Part shown: piece after piece, positions 1 to 8,952 of the stretch | Layout of the letters: every line of letters begins with the position of its first letter | How positions within the stretch are numbered: the first letter of the stretch is position 1 | Made by a program: the position numbers and the translations under genes | Source: a virus | Direction: 5' to 3' (one strand) | IMG/VR virus record: IMGVR_UViG_3300037247_001118 | Span: 1 to 64,000 of that record | DNA length: 64,000 nucleotides | The notes under the pieces: generated by a model | What the model was told of the DNA's origin: nothing | Databases searched by the model: none | Seen by the model: the letters and a program-made list of their open reading frames with translations, nothing else

Positions 1-2
1 TT

Positions 3-1634
3 GTCAAAGTCTTCAACGCGTTCTTCAAGAACTGCCGCAGCCCCAAGATCGGGGGTGTCGGCTCTGTGGAGAAGTGCGAGGGCGCGGCCATGAAGGTCGC
101 CAACTCGGCGGTGAAGACGAAGGAGGTTTACATGGACCCAACCGACGAGTCCGTTACGCCTGCGCCCGATGACGAGTCCACGGAGGATGGCGAGAAGTGT
201 AGCGACGTGCCGATGTACGTAAAACCTGTCTACTTCGGTGGAGCCATCAGCTTCGACGACGTTGACAAGTACCGCGAGGCGCAGGAGTTTGACCAGAACA
301 TCGAAAGCCAGAAATGGACCTTCGACGAAATCTTCCGCAACATTATGGCACAGGAGCCGACGGAAGTGACGCTAGAGCAGAAGCTCGCACAGGTAAAGTC
401 CGCTGTTGATGAGTTCGCCGCTCGGTCGGAGGACCCGCCCGAGCACTGCAAGGAGACCGGCGGCCTAGTCGGCAGAGCGGTCGATGCGGCCAAGCGCCTG
501 CTCGGCGGCGACAAGGATGCTGCGCCTGAGCGCATCGGCTACGCCGAGTTCGGTGACGGCGGCAGCTTCGTCATCACGCGGGACAAGGAGACGGGCGCCC
601 TGCGGTGGACGGCATTCGTCACTAACAAGTTCAAGGACCGCGACGGCGAGATATTCTCCGAGGCCTCCCACCAGGAGTTCACGGACTGGGCCAACCGCAC
701 GAAGGCGTACTCAGTCCTCCGCCTGGTACACGTGCCCGGCTCCGAGATCGGCAAGGAAGATTTCACGGCCTACACCGACGGTTTCGTGATCTCCTCCGGC
801 ACGTTCAACGAGGGCATGGAGGACGTGGCCGAGTCGCTGGCAGCCTCTAAGGAGGCGTTGGGAATCAGCCACGGTTACTACTACAGATTGAAGGACCTCC
901 GAGACGATGTGTACCACCGGTACCGTCGCTTCGAGATCACAGTCACACCAGCGAGCAGAGCGGCAAACTCGTGGACCGATATCGAGTTCACGAAGGAAGC
1001 CATGAGAAAGGAGGTGCTTAACATGCCGCTTACAGACACGCAGAAGGAGTTCCTTACACAGCACCTAGGTAAGGAGCGAACCGCCAGTATCGAGGAGAAG
1101 GCCGCGACCTGGAGCAAGGAGCTCGAAGAGGATGGTATCGGCTTCAAGGAACTGGCCGACATTCTGGCTGGCACCAAGGAAGAGGCACCTGCCGGCGAGA
1201 AGCCTGCGGACGACCCGGCCGCAGACGACGATCCGGCAACCGACCCGCCCGCCACCAGCGAGAATGCCGACGACGACCCCGGTGCGGGGGACCCGCCGGC
1301 GGTGACCAAGGAGCTAGCGCCGCTAGCAGCGTTCATCGGTAGCGCGATTACTGAGGCTGTCAAGCCGATGCAGGAGCAGGTCGACGCTATCGCTGGCCAG
1401 GTCAAGGAGCTGTCGAAGTCGGACGACGACAAGGTCGCCGACAAGATGGCGCCGAAGACCAAGGCCGCTGCCGCTAACGGTGACCGCCCCACGGACGCCA
1501 AGGGCAACGTCATCGACGGCAAGGAGGCAGCCGAGAAGGGCGCCACGGATGGCCCCGAAGAGCCCGAGAGCTTGAAGCGTGCCCGCGAGTACGCTGACAT
1601 GATGACCGGAGCCGATAGGCTGCCGCAGGGTTAG
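3..1634 (+). CDS. Prohead protease/scaffold protein (5' truncated), with ChaB-like N-terminal segment
   Basis: Frame is open from base 3 (VKVFNAFFKNC...EGAAMKVANSAVK). The central NKFKDRDGEIFS...LVH...GISHGY...EITV segment resembles HK97-type prohead proteases. The C-terminus is acidic and low-complexity. It lies directly upstream of the capsid gene. Confidence 0.7.
   Translation, partial: VKVFNAFFKNCRSPKIGGVGSVEKCEGAAMKVANSAVKTKEVYMDPTDESVTPAPDDESTEDGEKCSDVPMYVKPVYFGGAISFDDVDKYREAQEFDQNIESQKWTFDEIFRNIMAQEPTEVTLEQKLAQVKSAVDEFAARSEDPPEHCKETGGLVGRAVDAAKRLLGGDKDAAPERIGYAEFGDGGSFVITRDKETGALRWTAFVTNKFKDRDGEIFSEASHQEFTDWANRTKAYSVLRLVHVPGSEIGKEDFTAYTDGFVISSGTFNEGMEDVAESLAASKEALGISHGYYYRLKDLRDDVYHRYRRFEITVTPASRAANSWTDIEFTKEAMRKEVLNMPLTDTQKEFLTQHLGKERTASIEEKAATWSKELEEDGIGFKELADILAGTKEEAPAGEKPADDPAADDDPATDPPATSENADDDPGAGDPPAVTKELAPLAAFIGSAITEAVKPMQEQVDAIAGQVKELSKSDDDKVADKMAPKTKAAAANGDRPTDAKGNVIDGKEAAEKGATDGPEEPESLKRAREYADMMTGADRLPQG
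1023..1634 (+). CDS. Putative nested in-frame scaffold protein
   Basis: AAGGAGGTG Shine-Dalgarno at 1008-1016 precedes an in-frame ATG at 1023 (MPLTDTQKEFL). The product is acidic and helical. Confidence 0.5.
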   Translation: MPLTDTQKEFLTQHLGKERTASIEEKAATWSKELEEDGIGFKELADILAGTKEEAPAGEKPADDPAADDDPATDPPATSENADDDPGAGDPPAVTKELAPLAAFIGSAITEAVKPMQEQVDAIAGQVKELSKSDDDKVADKMAPKTKAAAANGDRPTDAKGNVIDGKEAAEKGATDGPEEPESLKRAREYADMMTGADRLPQG

Positions 1635-1672
1635 CCGACGCTCACATAAGAACGGAAGGAGGTACCATTCCA

Positions 1673-3118
1673 ATGACCACGGAAATCCTAGAAGCTCTGG
1701 CCGAAGCGCTGGGTCCCGCACTGGACAAGCAGCGCGAAGGTCAGAAGCACAGTGCCTCCGGGACGCCAATTTCAGTGGGCTACGCCCACGGCCCCGGTGG
1801 TCTCCTGACCTTCCCGGGTGTGGACCCTGCGGTGTTCCACACCATCATGGGGAATACGTCGATTCTCGGCATGCTCCCCACCACCCCGAGCCTCTACACT
1901 AACCCCACGTACTACACCATCACCGGTGTCCAGGACGTGAGCGGCAGCGAGGCAGACGGGAACTGCGATGCGGCTCCGACCGCTGGCCTGAAAAAGGCGT
2001 GCCTGACGACCTCCGTGTTCGGACGGTACAAGAGGGCGACCCCGGAGCTTGAATTGAACCGGGTCGGGCAGCGGATCGACCGCGCGGACCCGATAGACCT
2101 GACGCTGATCGGTTCGCCCATCCACGGCTCTGGCGTCTTCGCACAGGGCCCCGGCGACCCGTCCGTTCCCGGCGACCTCTTCGTCAACGAGGTCTCGCAG
2201 AAGATGTGGGAGCTGGGCGTGGCGATGCATCGTCTCCTGAGCCAGGAGCTCTGGATTGCGAACCCGCAGAACGATGCGGGCGAGCAGGGCTCCAAAAAGC
2301 AGATGACGGGCTTCGACGTTCTCATCAACACAGGCTACGTGGACGCCGAGACAGGCACCGCCTGCCCCTCGCTGGACTCATTCCTGCTCGACGCCAACTA
2401 CAAGCGCGTCGACGACGATGGCGCCGACCTCGTTGCCTGGGTTACGGCCCTGTACCACGAGATCAAGCGTCGTGCAGAGATGTCCGGTGTGATGCCGGTA
2501 CGGTGGGTGTTCGCCATGCGCCCGCAGCTCTTCTACGAGTTGACCGCCGTGTGGCCGTGTTCCTACTTGACCTATCGCTGCAACCTCAGTGGCAACGAGC
2601 GGATCAACGTCGATGCGCCGGAGCACATTGAGCTGCGCGATGCCATGCGTACCGGCAGGTATCTGCTGGTCGACGGCGAGAAGATTCCTGTTGTCCTTGA
2701 CGACGGGATTGCGGAAGAGGGCGATGCCGACAACGCGAACGTGCCCGCAGGGTGCTTCGCTACCGACATCTACCTGATCCCGATGTCTGTCATCGGCGGG
2801 CGCGCAGTCACCTTCCTGGAATACTTCAACTTCGACAACCCCGCACTCAAGGACGGTCTTGGCAACATGGTCCTGGGGAAGGTCGAGGGAGCGTTCCTCA
2901 CGGTGCCGCTACAGCTCAGGCAGTGCTTCTCCTACGAGACGAAGATCGAGCCGCGCCTAGTGCTGCGGACTCCGTGGCTGGCAGGGCGCCTACAGAACGT
3001 CCTGTACTGCCCGGTCCAGCACGAGAGGGACCCGTTCCCTGGTGGCGACTACCACGTCGATGGTGGACGGACGAGCAGGCCTGGCCCGAGCCTCTTCTCG
3101 ATCTGGCAGAGCGCGTAG
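1673..3118 (+). CDS. Major capsid protein
   Basis: 481 aa, strong RBS (AAGGAGGT), follows the protease/scaffold gene and is followed by a stem-loop. Assigned mainly from synteny and size. Confidence 0.75.
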   Translation: MTTEILEALAEALGPALDKQREGQKHSASGTPISVGYAHGPGGLLTFPGVDPAVFHTIMGNTSILGMLPTTPSLYTNPTYYTITGVQDVSGSEADGNCDAAPTAGLKKACLTTSVFGRYKRATPELELNRVGQRIDRADPIDLTLIGSPIHGSGVFAQGPGDPSVPGDLFVNEVSQKMWELGVAMHRLLSQELWIANPQNDAGEQGSKKQMTGFDVLINTGYVDAETGTACPSLDSFLLDANYKRVDDDGADLVAWVTALYHEIKRRAEMSGVMPVRWVFAMRPQLFYELTAVWPCSYLTYRCNLSGNERINVDAPEHIELRDAMRTGRYLLVDGEKIPVVLDDGIAEEGDADNANVPAGCFATDIYLIPMSVIGGRAVTFLEYFNFDNPALKDGLGNMVLGKVEGAFLTVPLQLRQCFSYETKIEPRLVLRTPWLAGRLQNVLYCPVQHERDPFPGGDYHVDGGRTSRPGPSLFSIWQSA

Positions 3119-3135
3119 AGCTAGTAACAATCACC

Positions 3136-3170
3136 GTGTTGGTGGGGAGGCGGCGGCCTCTCCCCAGCAC
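3136..3170 (+). terminator. Stem-loop after the capsid gene (partial terminator or mRNA stabiliser)
   Basis: GTGTTGGTGGGGAGGC-GGCG-GCCTCTCCCCAGCAC pairs with G-U wobbles; no U-tract. Confidence 0.5.
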
Positions 3171-3185
3171 GAGCAGGAGGAGAGA

Positions 3186-4127
3186 ATGGCTAGCCCGAAA
3201 GTCCTTATCACTGGAGGAGCCGGGTTCTTGGGACGCGGAGTTCTACGCCGCATCAAGCGTGGCGGGCTGGACTGGGACCCCATCGTATTCAGCAGGGATG
3301 AGACGAAGCAGGACGTGTGCCGACAGCAGTACCCATTCGCTAAGTACATCCTCGGCGATGTCCGCGATGCCGACCGCCTGACCGCTGCTATGGAGGGTGT
3401 GGATATCGTAGTCCACGCCGCGGCGCTGAAGTACATCCCGGAGGCCGAGCTCAACGCGGCCGAGTGCCTCGCTGTCAACATCGATGGCGCCCGCACGGTG
3501 GCCAACGCAGCGCTCCACGCGGGGGTACCTCGGGTCATCGGCATCTCGACCGACAAGGCCGTGCAGCCGGTCAATGTCTACGGCTGCTCCAAGATGGCGA
3601 TGGAGCGCCTGTTCGCCGAGATCTCCGGCTACGGTACCACCTTCACCTGTGTCCGATACGGCAACGTCATCGGCAGCACAGGCTCGGTCATCCCACTCTT
3701 CCGCCGGCAGTTCGCGGAGACGGGCACCGTCAAGGTGACGGATCCGAAGATGACACGTTTCTGGATGGGTGTGGACGAGGCTATCGACCTCATCCTTACC
3801 GGTCTCGAAGCGTCCCCCGGCTCGATAGCGATCCCGCTGGTGCGCGCGATGACATTGGTGGACACCGTGCGCGCCGCGGTGGGCGACGACGCTCCGATAG
3901 AGATCACCGGCACCCGCCCCGGCGAGAAGATGCACGAGGCGCTGCTGCACTACCAGGAGTCGGTGCGTGTGGTGCGACATAAGGATCATCTAGAGCTGCT
4001 ACCTGTAGGGCGCACGGGAGCATCCGCAGCGGGCAGCGATCCCTTCACGCTCGCATCGCACACACCGCACTATCGCATGGAGGTCGACGAGATGCGGCGG
4101 CTGATCGCTGACACTGAGGAGCTCTAG
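3186..4127 (+). CDS. UDP-N-acetylglucosamine 4,6-dehydratase (PseB/FlaA1/FnlA-like SDR)
   Basis: Motifs TGGAGFLG, FSRDE, HAAALK, STDKAV.PVNVYG.SK, RYGNV.GS.GSV, MTRF and GEK.HE. Start reassigned to ATG 3186 after AGGAGGAG. Confidence 0.92.
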   Translation: MASPKVLITGGAGFLGRGVLRRIKRGGLDWDPIVFSRDETKQDVCRQQYPFAKYILGDVRDADRLTAAMEGVDIVVHAAALKYIPEAELNAAECLAVNIDGARTVANAALHAGVPRVIGISTDKAVQPVNVYGCSKMAMERLFAEISGYGTTFTCVRYGNVIGSTGSVIPLFRRQFAETGTVKVTDPKMTRFWMGVDEAIDLILTGLEASPGSIAIPLVRAMTLVDTVRAAVGDDAPIEITGTRPGEKMHEALLHYQESVRVVRHKDHLELLPVGRTGASAAGSDPFTLASHTPHYRMEVDEMRRLIADTEEL

Positions 4128-4137
4128 GAGGCGCCCG

Positions 4138-4368
4138 ATGACTGAGAGCACGATCAAGCTACTATTCGCTGGCGCGCTTGCGCTGGGAGGTCTCACCGCA
4201 ATGCTGGTGACGACGCTTGTGGGCATGAGCGCCGACTGGTCGGTCGCGCAGATCATGGCGGTAAACGTCGTGTTCTCTAACGTTGTGATGGCAGGCCTCG
4301 CCTTCTTCTTCGGTCACCAGAACGGCTACAAGAACGGGTACAAGAACGGGGGCTCGAAGCAGTCATGA
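4138..4368 (+). CDS. Small two-TM membrane protein (possibly holin-like)
   Basis: Two hydrophobic segments and a basic NGYKNGYKNG tail; good RBS. Confidence 0.5.
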   Translation: MTESTIKLLFAGALALGGLTAMLVTTLVGMSADWSVAQIMAVNVVFSNVVMAGLAFFFGHQNGYKNGYKNGGSKQS

Positions 4369-4991
4369 GCTGTCCAGCACATGACCTCGCCGCAAGCCGC
4401 AACTTCCTAGTGGCTGCTGACGTCGACCTCATCCGCGAGCTCGTTCAGCGACTGCGCAAGCAGGACCCTCGCGGGCGCTTGCAGGTCATAGACATCGGAG
4501 CGGGCAGCGGCACTACGGCGCTCTCTGTGCTGGCGGAGGAAAGTGACCGCATCACGATCACTACGATAGACAACGACGCCCGGGCGCTACAGTACACTAA
4601 GGCGGCCATCAGCTACTACGGTCACCTGCGCAACTGGCGCGGGCGCCAGAGCGACTCGGCGCGGGCCATCTACAATCACGGCGGACAGGACATCGACCTT
4701 CTACTGATAGACGCAGGACATACCTACAAGGAAGTCAGAGCCGATCTGGAGGCCTGGCTACCGCGGCTGCGCACCACCGGCTTCGTCTGGGTCCACGACT
4801 ATGGCGATCCGAGAGCGCTCGGGGTGAGGAAGTCCCCCGGCGTCAAGCGCGCTATCAACGAGCTGTTACGCCGGCGCGAGCTGAGCGTTGTCAAGATTGC
4901 CGGCCTCGGGTGGTCCGGCCAGCGGTATGTCGAGCAGGAGGAGAGGGTCGATGATAATCTGGGTACCAGGCGCTCGCGGACTACTCGGTAG
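4365..4991 (+). CDS. Class I SAM methyltransferase (Methyltransf_24-like, probably glycan O-methylation)
   Basis: IDIGAGSGTT, LLLIDAGHTY and G.VWVHDY motifs; overlapping ATGA start. Confidence 0.85.
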   Translation: MSCPAHDLAASRNFLVAADVDLIRELVQRLRKQDPRGRLQVIDIGAGSGTTALSVLAEESDRITITTIDNDARALQYTKAAISYYGHLRNWRGRQSDSARAIYNHGGQDIDLLLIDAGHTYKEVRADLEAWLPRLRTTGFVWVHDYGDPRALGVRKSPGVKRAINELLRRRELSVVKIAGLGWSGQRYVEQEERVDDNLGTRRSRTTR

Positions 4992-5751
4992 GGCGGTAGT
5001 CGAGGCAGCGGACACACGTAGGCATACAGTCATTGGCCCACCCCACAGCCGAGTTCCAATAGAGAATTGGCACCGCGTTCTTACGGGCTCCCCCGCTGCT
5101 TGGGCAGCGGAGCGCTCCGGCTCCGACTGGTCCGGACCCCCACTAGACGCTATCATCAACTGTGCTGGCATCCTGCCCGGACGTGGCTACCAAGAGACCA
5201 TCCTAACCAACGCCCTCGGCCCGCACAACCTCGCTCGCCTCGGCATCCGCCTCGTCCACATGAGCACCGACTGTGTGTTCTCCGGCCGCAAGTACCCCAC
5301 TAGCAATGGCTACGGGCTGGACTCCGGCCTGACGCCGGACCCGATAGACCTCTACGGCCGCACCAAGCTAGCCGGCGAGCCGAGCGGCGACCATGTGCTC
5401 GTCGTGCGCGGCAGCTTCATCGGCGAGGGTGCCGGTTTCCTCGGGTGGCTGCTGTCCGCGAAGGGCCAGGTAGACGCCTGGGAGCGCGCCCACTGGAACG
5501 GCACGAGCGTGGACATCATGGCCGAGCAGCTCGTCATCCTAGCGGAGGGGCGACGCACAGGCGTTGTCCACGTCGCATCGCCTACGGAGGTCACGAAGGC
5601 GTTCATGATAACGTACCTCAAGGAGCAGCTTGGCCTGCCCATCGAGCCGGTCGCCATCGCAGAGCCCGCCATCTGGCGCGTGCTCTGGCCGGACATCGAA
5701 GTGCCGCCGGTAGAGGATATGCTACACTGGCTGGTGGAGTCCATCCGATGA
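4951..5751 (+). CDS. RmlD-like NDP-4-keto-6-deoxysugar reductase
   Basis: GARGLLG, INCAG, STDCVFSG and YGRTK (YxxxK) motifs; ATG 4951 after AGGAGGAG. Confidence 0.85.
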   Translation: MIIWVPGARGLLGRAVVEAADTRRHTVIGPPHSRVPIENWHRVLTGSPAAWAAERSGSDWSGPPLDAIINCAGILPGRGYQETILTNALGPHNLARLGIRLVHMSTDCVFSGRKYPTSNGYGLDSGLTPDPIDLYGRTKLAGEPSGDHVLVVRGSFIGEGAGFLGWLLSAKGQVDAWERAHWNGTSVDIMAEQLVILAEGRRTGVVHVASPTEVTKAFMITYLKEQLGLPIEPVAIAEPAIWRVLWPDIEVPPVEDMLHWLVESIR

Positions 5752-6422
5752 GTGGCATAACCGTCGTCATCCCGGTCGGCCCCGCGCCACATCACCAACA
5801 GTGGCTGCATGAGTGCCTGGACAGCATGCGCGCCCAGACCCGCCAGCCGAACGAGGTGCTGCTCATCGACGACATGGCAGACCTGTCCCCGGAGCTGGTA
5901 CGCCACGATGCTGGCTGGCGCGTCTGGCGATCCCCTTGGCGGCTGGACGTGCCCAACGCCTTCAACGTCGGTGTGGGGCTGGCCCGCAACGACCTCGTAT
6001 TCATGGTCGGCGCCGATGACTGGCTGGAGCCGAATTGCCTTGAGCTCTGCATCACGGCCTGGGAGAAGAACAAGAATCGGGACGCCTACTACTATGTGGG
6101 CGTACGCTACACCGACGGCCGCGAAGATCAGACCGTACCCTGCAACGGAGCGATGGTCACGAAGGGGCTATGGCGGATGACCGGAGGCTTCCCTCCCGAG
6201 TCGGCGTCTGGCGCCTGTGACGCGGCTCTGATCTCGATCCTCATGAAGCACCACCCCAGACTGCTTATACCCGTAGCTGACGGTGTGCCGCTCTACAACT
6301 ATCGTGTCCATACTGAAAGCGACACGGGGGTACGAGGGGGGAGTTGGCAGGGGGTCATCTTGCCGACGAGGGACATCCTGACGCGGACCTGGGTACAGCC
6401 ACACTGGGGGCGAATGTGTTAG
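5748..6422 (+). CDS. Glycosyltransferase family 2
   Basis: ITVVIPVGP...CLDS...Q...LLIDD and VGADDW (DxD-like) motifs; start at ATG 5748. Confidence 0.85.
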   Translation: MSGITVVIPVGPAPHHQQWLHECLDSMRAQTRQPNEVLLIDDMADLSPELVRHDAGWRVWRSPWRLDVPNAFNVGVGLARNDLVFMVGADDWLEPNCLELCITAWEKNKNRDAYYYVGVRYTDGREDQTVPCNGAMVTKGLWRMTGGFPPESASGACDAALISILMKHHPRLLIPVADGVPLYNYRVHTESDTGVRGGSWQGVILPTRDILTRTWVQPHWGRMC

Positions 6423-6447
6423 CATATAGTATGCAGGAGGAGTTGCC

Positions 6448-7131
6448 GTGCAGCTAGCCATTCTAATCACTGCCTACCTACCGCCCGGCGGAGAGTGCCG
6501 GCAAGCCGTCGCTATCAAGACGGTAGAGAGCTGGAAGAAGCACTTGAGATTCGACGGTGATCTACACGTTCATGTTGCGGACGACGGGACACCTCCCAGC
6601 ATGGAACAGGTATACGGTCAAGCCTTTTGGAGGCACCTCGTGGGATCGTGGGCGACATTCAGCTACAGCCGACAGGAGCGCCGGGGCGTCGGTGCCTCCC
6701 TGAATCGCGGATTTGATCTATGCAATCGCCAGACCCCGTTTGTGCTATACGCGGTGGATGATTGGGAGCTAGTGGCTCCCCTCAACGTCACTCCGTGGGT
6801 GGATGTCCTGGCGACGGAGCAGAGCATCGGCTGCATTCGGTTGGGGGCGGTCAATCCGTTCATGCGTAATGGTGAACTACTACGTTTCCTGTCCGCCGGC
6901 TACGCTATTCGCTGGGAGCGATACTCCTACTACTGGAGCCAGCGCCCGGCCGTGTATCATTCCCGATTCAGAGACGCCTACGGGCCGTTTCCAGAGAACG
7001 TTGATGCGCTAGTGGTAGACCGGCAATACAACGAGCATATATGCGCCTCCGATGGCCCTGACGTTGTGCTGGTACTACATGAACCGTGGATCCATCAGGA
7101 ATCTATTGAGTTAGGGGACATTACCCCATGA
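6448..7131 (+). CDS. GT2-like glycosyltransferase
   Basis: VHVADDGT, GVGASLNRG and VDDWEL motifs. Confidence 0.75.
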   Translation: MQLAILITAYLPPGGECRQAVAIKTVESWKKHLRFDGDLHVHVADDGTPPSMEQVYGQAFWRHLVGSWATFSYSRQERRGVGASLNRGFDLCNRQTPFVLYAVDDWELVAPLNVTPWVDVLATEQSIGCIRLGAVNPFMRNGELLRFLSAGYAIRWERYSYYWSQRPAVYHSRFRDAYGPFPENVDALVVDRQYNEHICASDGPDVVLVLHEPWIHQESIELGDITP

Positions 7132-7862
7132 TCGCTATCGTGCTGCTAACCTGCGACCGCCCGAAGGAGCGGGAGGAGTACGCGTTCAAGACGCTCGACG
7201 CGCTCAAGAATCTTTCAGCCGCCGGCGACGACCTCTGGATGCACATAGCCGATGATGGCTCCGATCCTGAGTTCCGCGAGGAGATGGTGAGACGTGCCCG
7301 TGAGCAGTACGGCGACCGCACGAGCGTCTCGAACAGTGAGGAGCGCGGCTATGGAGGAAATTACAATCTAGCGTCGCAAGCGGTTCACCAGGCTGCGGAC
7401 CTTGTACTGCCACTGGAGGATGACTGGGAACTCTTGCGCCCGTTTGATCTGGCGCCCATAGCGACCGCACTTCGAGCCGGCGTGTTCCGCTGTGTCCGAA
7501 TGGCATACATCGGCTATACAGAAGAGCTGCGCGGGACATTTATCTGGAGCGGGGGTGTTCACTGGCTGGCACTGGATCCGGCCTCCCCTGAGCGCCATGT
7601 CTTCTCGGGCGGACCGCGTTTGGAGACAGTGGCTTTCGAGCGTGACGTGGGGCTCTGGCCGGAGAACCTGAACCAAGGACAGACTGAGATGGATGTTGCC
7701 AGCAGAGCAGAAGCACGAACTGGCGTGGCGTGGCCAGTAGAGCTTATCAAACCGACCGGTGATCTGTTCGCTCACATCGGAACGGCCAAGGCCGGCGAGG
7801 ATGAACCAGGCGCTAGAGGCAGTGCGTCATCAATGCAGGGGGAGGAGGCTTCCAATGACTGA
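7128..7862 (+). CDS. GT2-like glycosyltransferase (paralog of the previous gene)
   Basis: IVLLTCDR, HIADDGS, GYGGNYN, LEDDWEL and HIG motifs. Confidence 0.78.
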   Translation: MIAIVLLTCDRPKEREEYAFKTLDALKNLSAAGDDLWMHIADDGSDPEFREEMVRRAREQYGDRTSVSNSEERGYGGNYNLASQAVHQAADLVLPLEDDWELLRPFDLAPIATALRAGVFRCVRMAYIGYTEELRGTFIWSGGVHWLALDPASPERHVFSGGPRLETVAFERDVGLWPENLNQGQTEMDVASRAEARTGVAWPVELIKPTGDLFAHIGTAKAGEDEPGARGSASSMQGEEASND

Positions 7863-8952
7863 TACACCAGCCGAGCCCGTCTATGTCGGAGGCCACTACG
7901 GTCTTGAGGTCAGACATGAGAACGGTGTCATCGTCAAGCGCGCCACCTTCGATGGCGTGCGCGAGGTGGATGGGCACTTGTGGGAGAACAAAAAGGCGAT
8001 TGCCAATGAGGCACGAATGCTCAAGCGATTGGCTGGTACTGGGATTGCTCCTGAGCTGATCGAGGAGCACGAGGATTATATCGTAGAGGAGTATATCGAG
8101 GCGGCGCCATGTGAAGATGGGGAGCAGTTCCGTCGGAACATCGCTCGTCTACTGTGGACCCTGCGCTGCCTTGAGATCCATCACGGGGACATGGTTAGAC
8201 AGAATATGGTCGTGCGTACCAATTCGGTGCCGATTGCGCTCGACTGGCATGGGGCGCACTTTTTCAATGAACCGTGTTTGCCGACGCGCATCGTCCCGGA
8301 TATTCATCTTCTCCTACCGTGGGCTGCTACGGTACCGTCGGAGATGCACCTCGCGCCGGATTATCCGCGAGTCATCCGTCGATGGCACGCTGTCTGTGGC
8401 AGTCTCTATACCGCCCCCAGTGGGGGACTGATTGGGAACATACACCAAGGACTTACGGACAGGACGCTGCTCGATCTCGGCTGTTTCCAGGGAGACTTCT
8501 GTGCGCTGGCGGCCGCCGAGGGGATGCACGCTACCGGTGTCGATGGCGGCGGATTCCGAACCGGCGAGGACTCGATCCAGATTGCGCGGGCGCTATGGGC
8601 AGGCCAGAGTGGCCGCATGGCCTTCAAGAAGATGGATATCATGGACGTTGATGATTTCCGCTATGATGCAGTTCTGCTCTTCTCGACCTGGCCCTATATC
8701 GTACAGACGCATGGAAGGGCTGCTGCGCTGGACTTGCTAAAACGCATCATGCAGCAATTATCGCGGAAGCGGCCGAATCCTGGCAAACTGTTCTTTGAAA
8801 CGCAACTCTACGGAGACGGACCGGGCCCCGACTTCCTCCGTACCGAGGACGACATCCAAGCAATGCTCGCAACCGTTGGTACTCCGAAGGCGCTAGTCAG
8901 GACACATGTAACTAATCGCCCGGCACACCGAACAGTCTGGGAGGTCACATGA
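7855..8952 (+). CDS. Kinase (RIO/Bud32/Kdo-kinase-like) fused to a SAM methyltransferase
   Basis: N-terminal half has NEARML...APEL...EEYI...HHGDM..QN...LDW; C-terminal half has LLDLGCFQG...ATGVD. ATG 7855 follows GGAGGAGG. Confidence 0.8.
   Translation: MTDTPAEPVYVGGHYGLEVRHENGVIVKRATFDGVREVDGHLWENKKAIANEARMLKRLAGTGIAPELIEEHEDYIVEEYIEAAPCEDGEQFRRNIARLLWTLRCLEIHHGDMVRQNMVVRTNSVPIALDWHGAHFFNEPCLPTRIVPDIHLLLPWAATVPSEMHLAPDYPRVIRRWHAVCGSLYTAPSGGLIGNIHQGLTDRTLLDLGCFQGDFCALAAAEGMHATGVDGGGFRTGEDSIQIARALWAGQSGRMAFKKMDIMDVDDFRYDAVLLFSTWPYIVQTHGRAAALDLLKRIMQQLSRKRPNPGKLFFETQLYGDGPGPDFLRTEDDIQAMLATVGTPKALVRTHVTNRPAHRTVWEVT

Noticed and set aside
6423-6435. GCATA-TAG-TATGC palindrome with TATAGT before the second GT2 gene
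   Set aside because: Short, with no convincing -35; could be an internal promoter but support is too weak.
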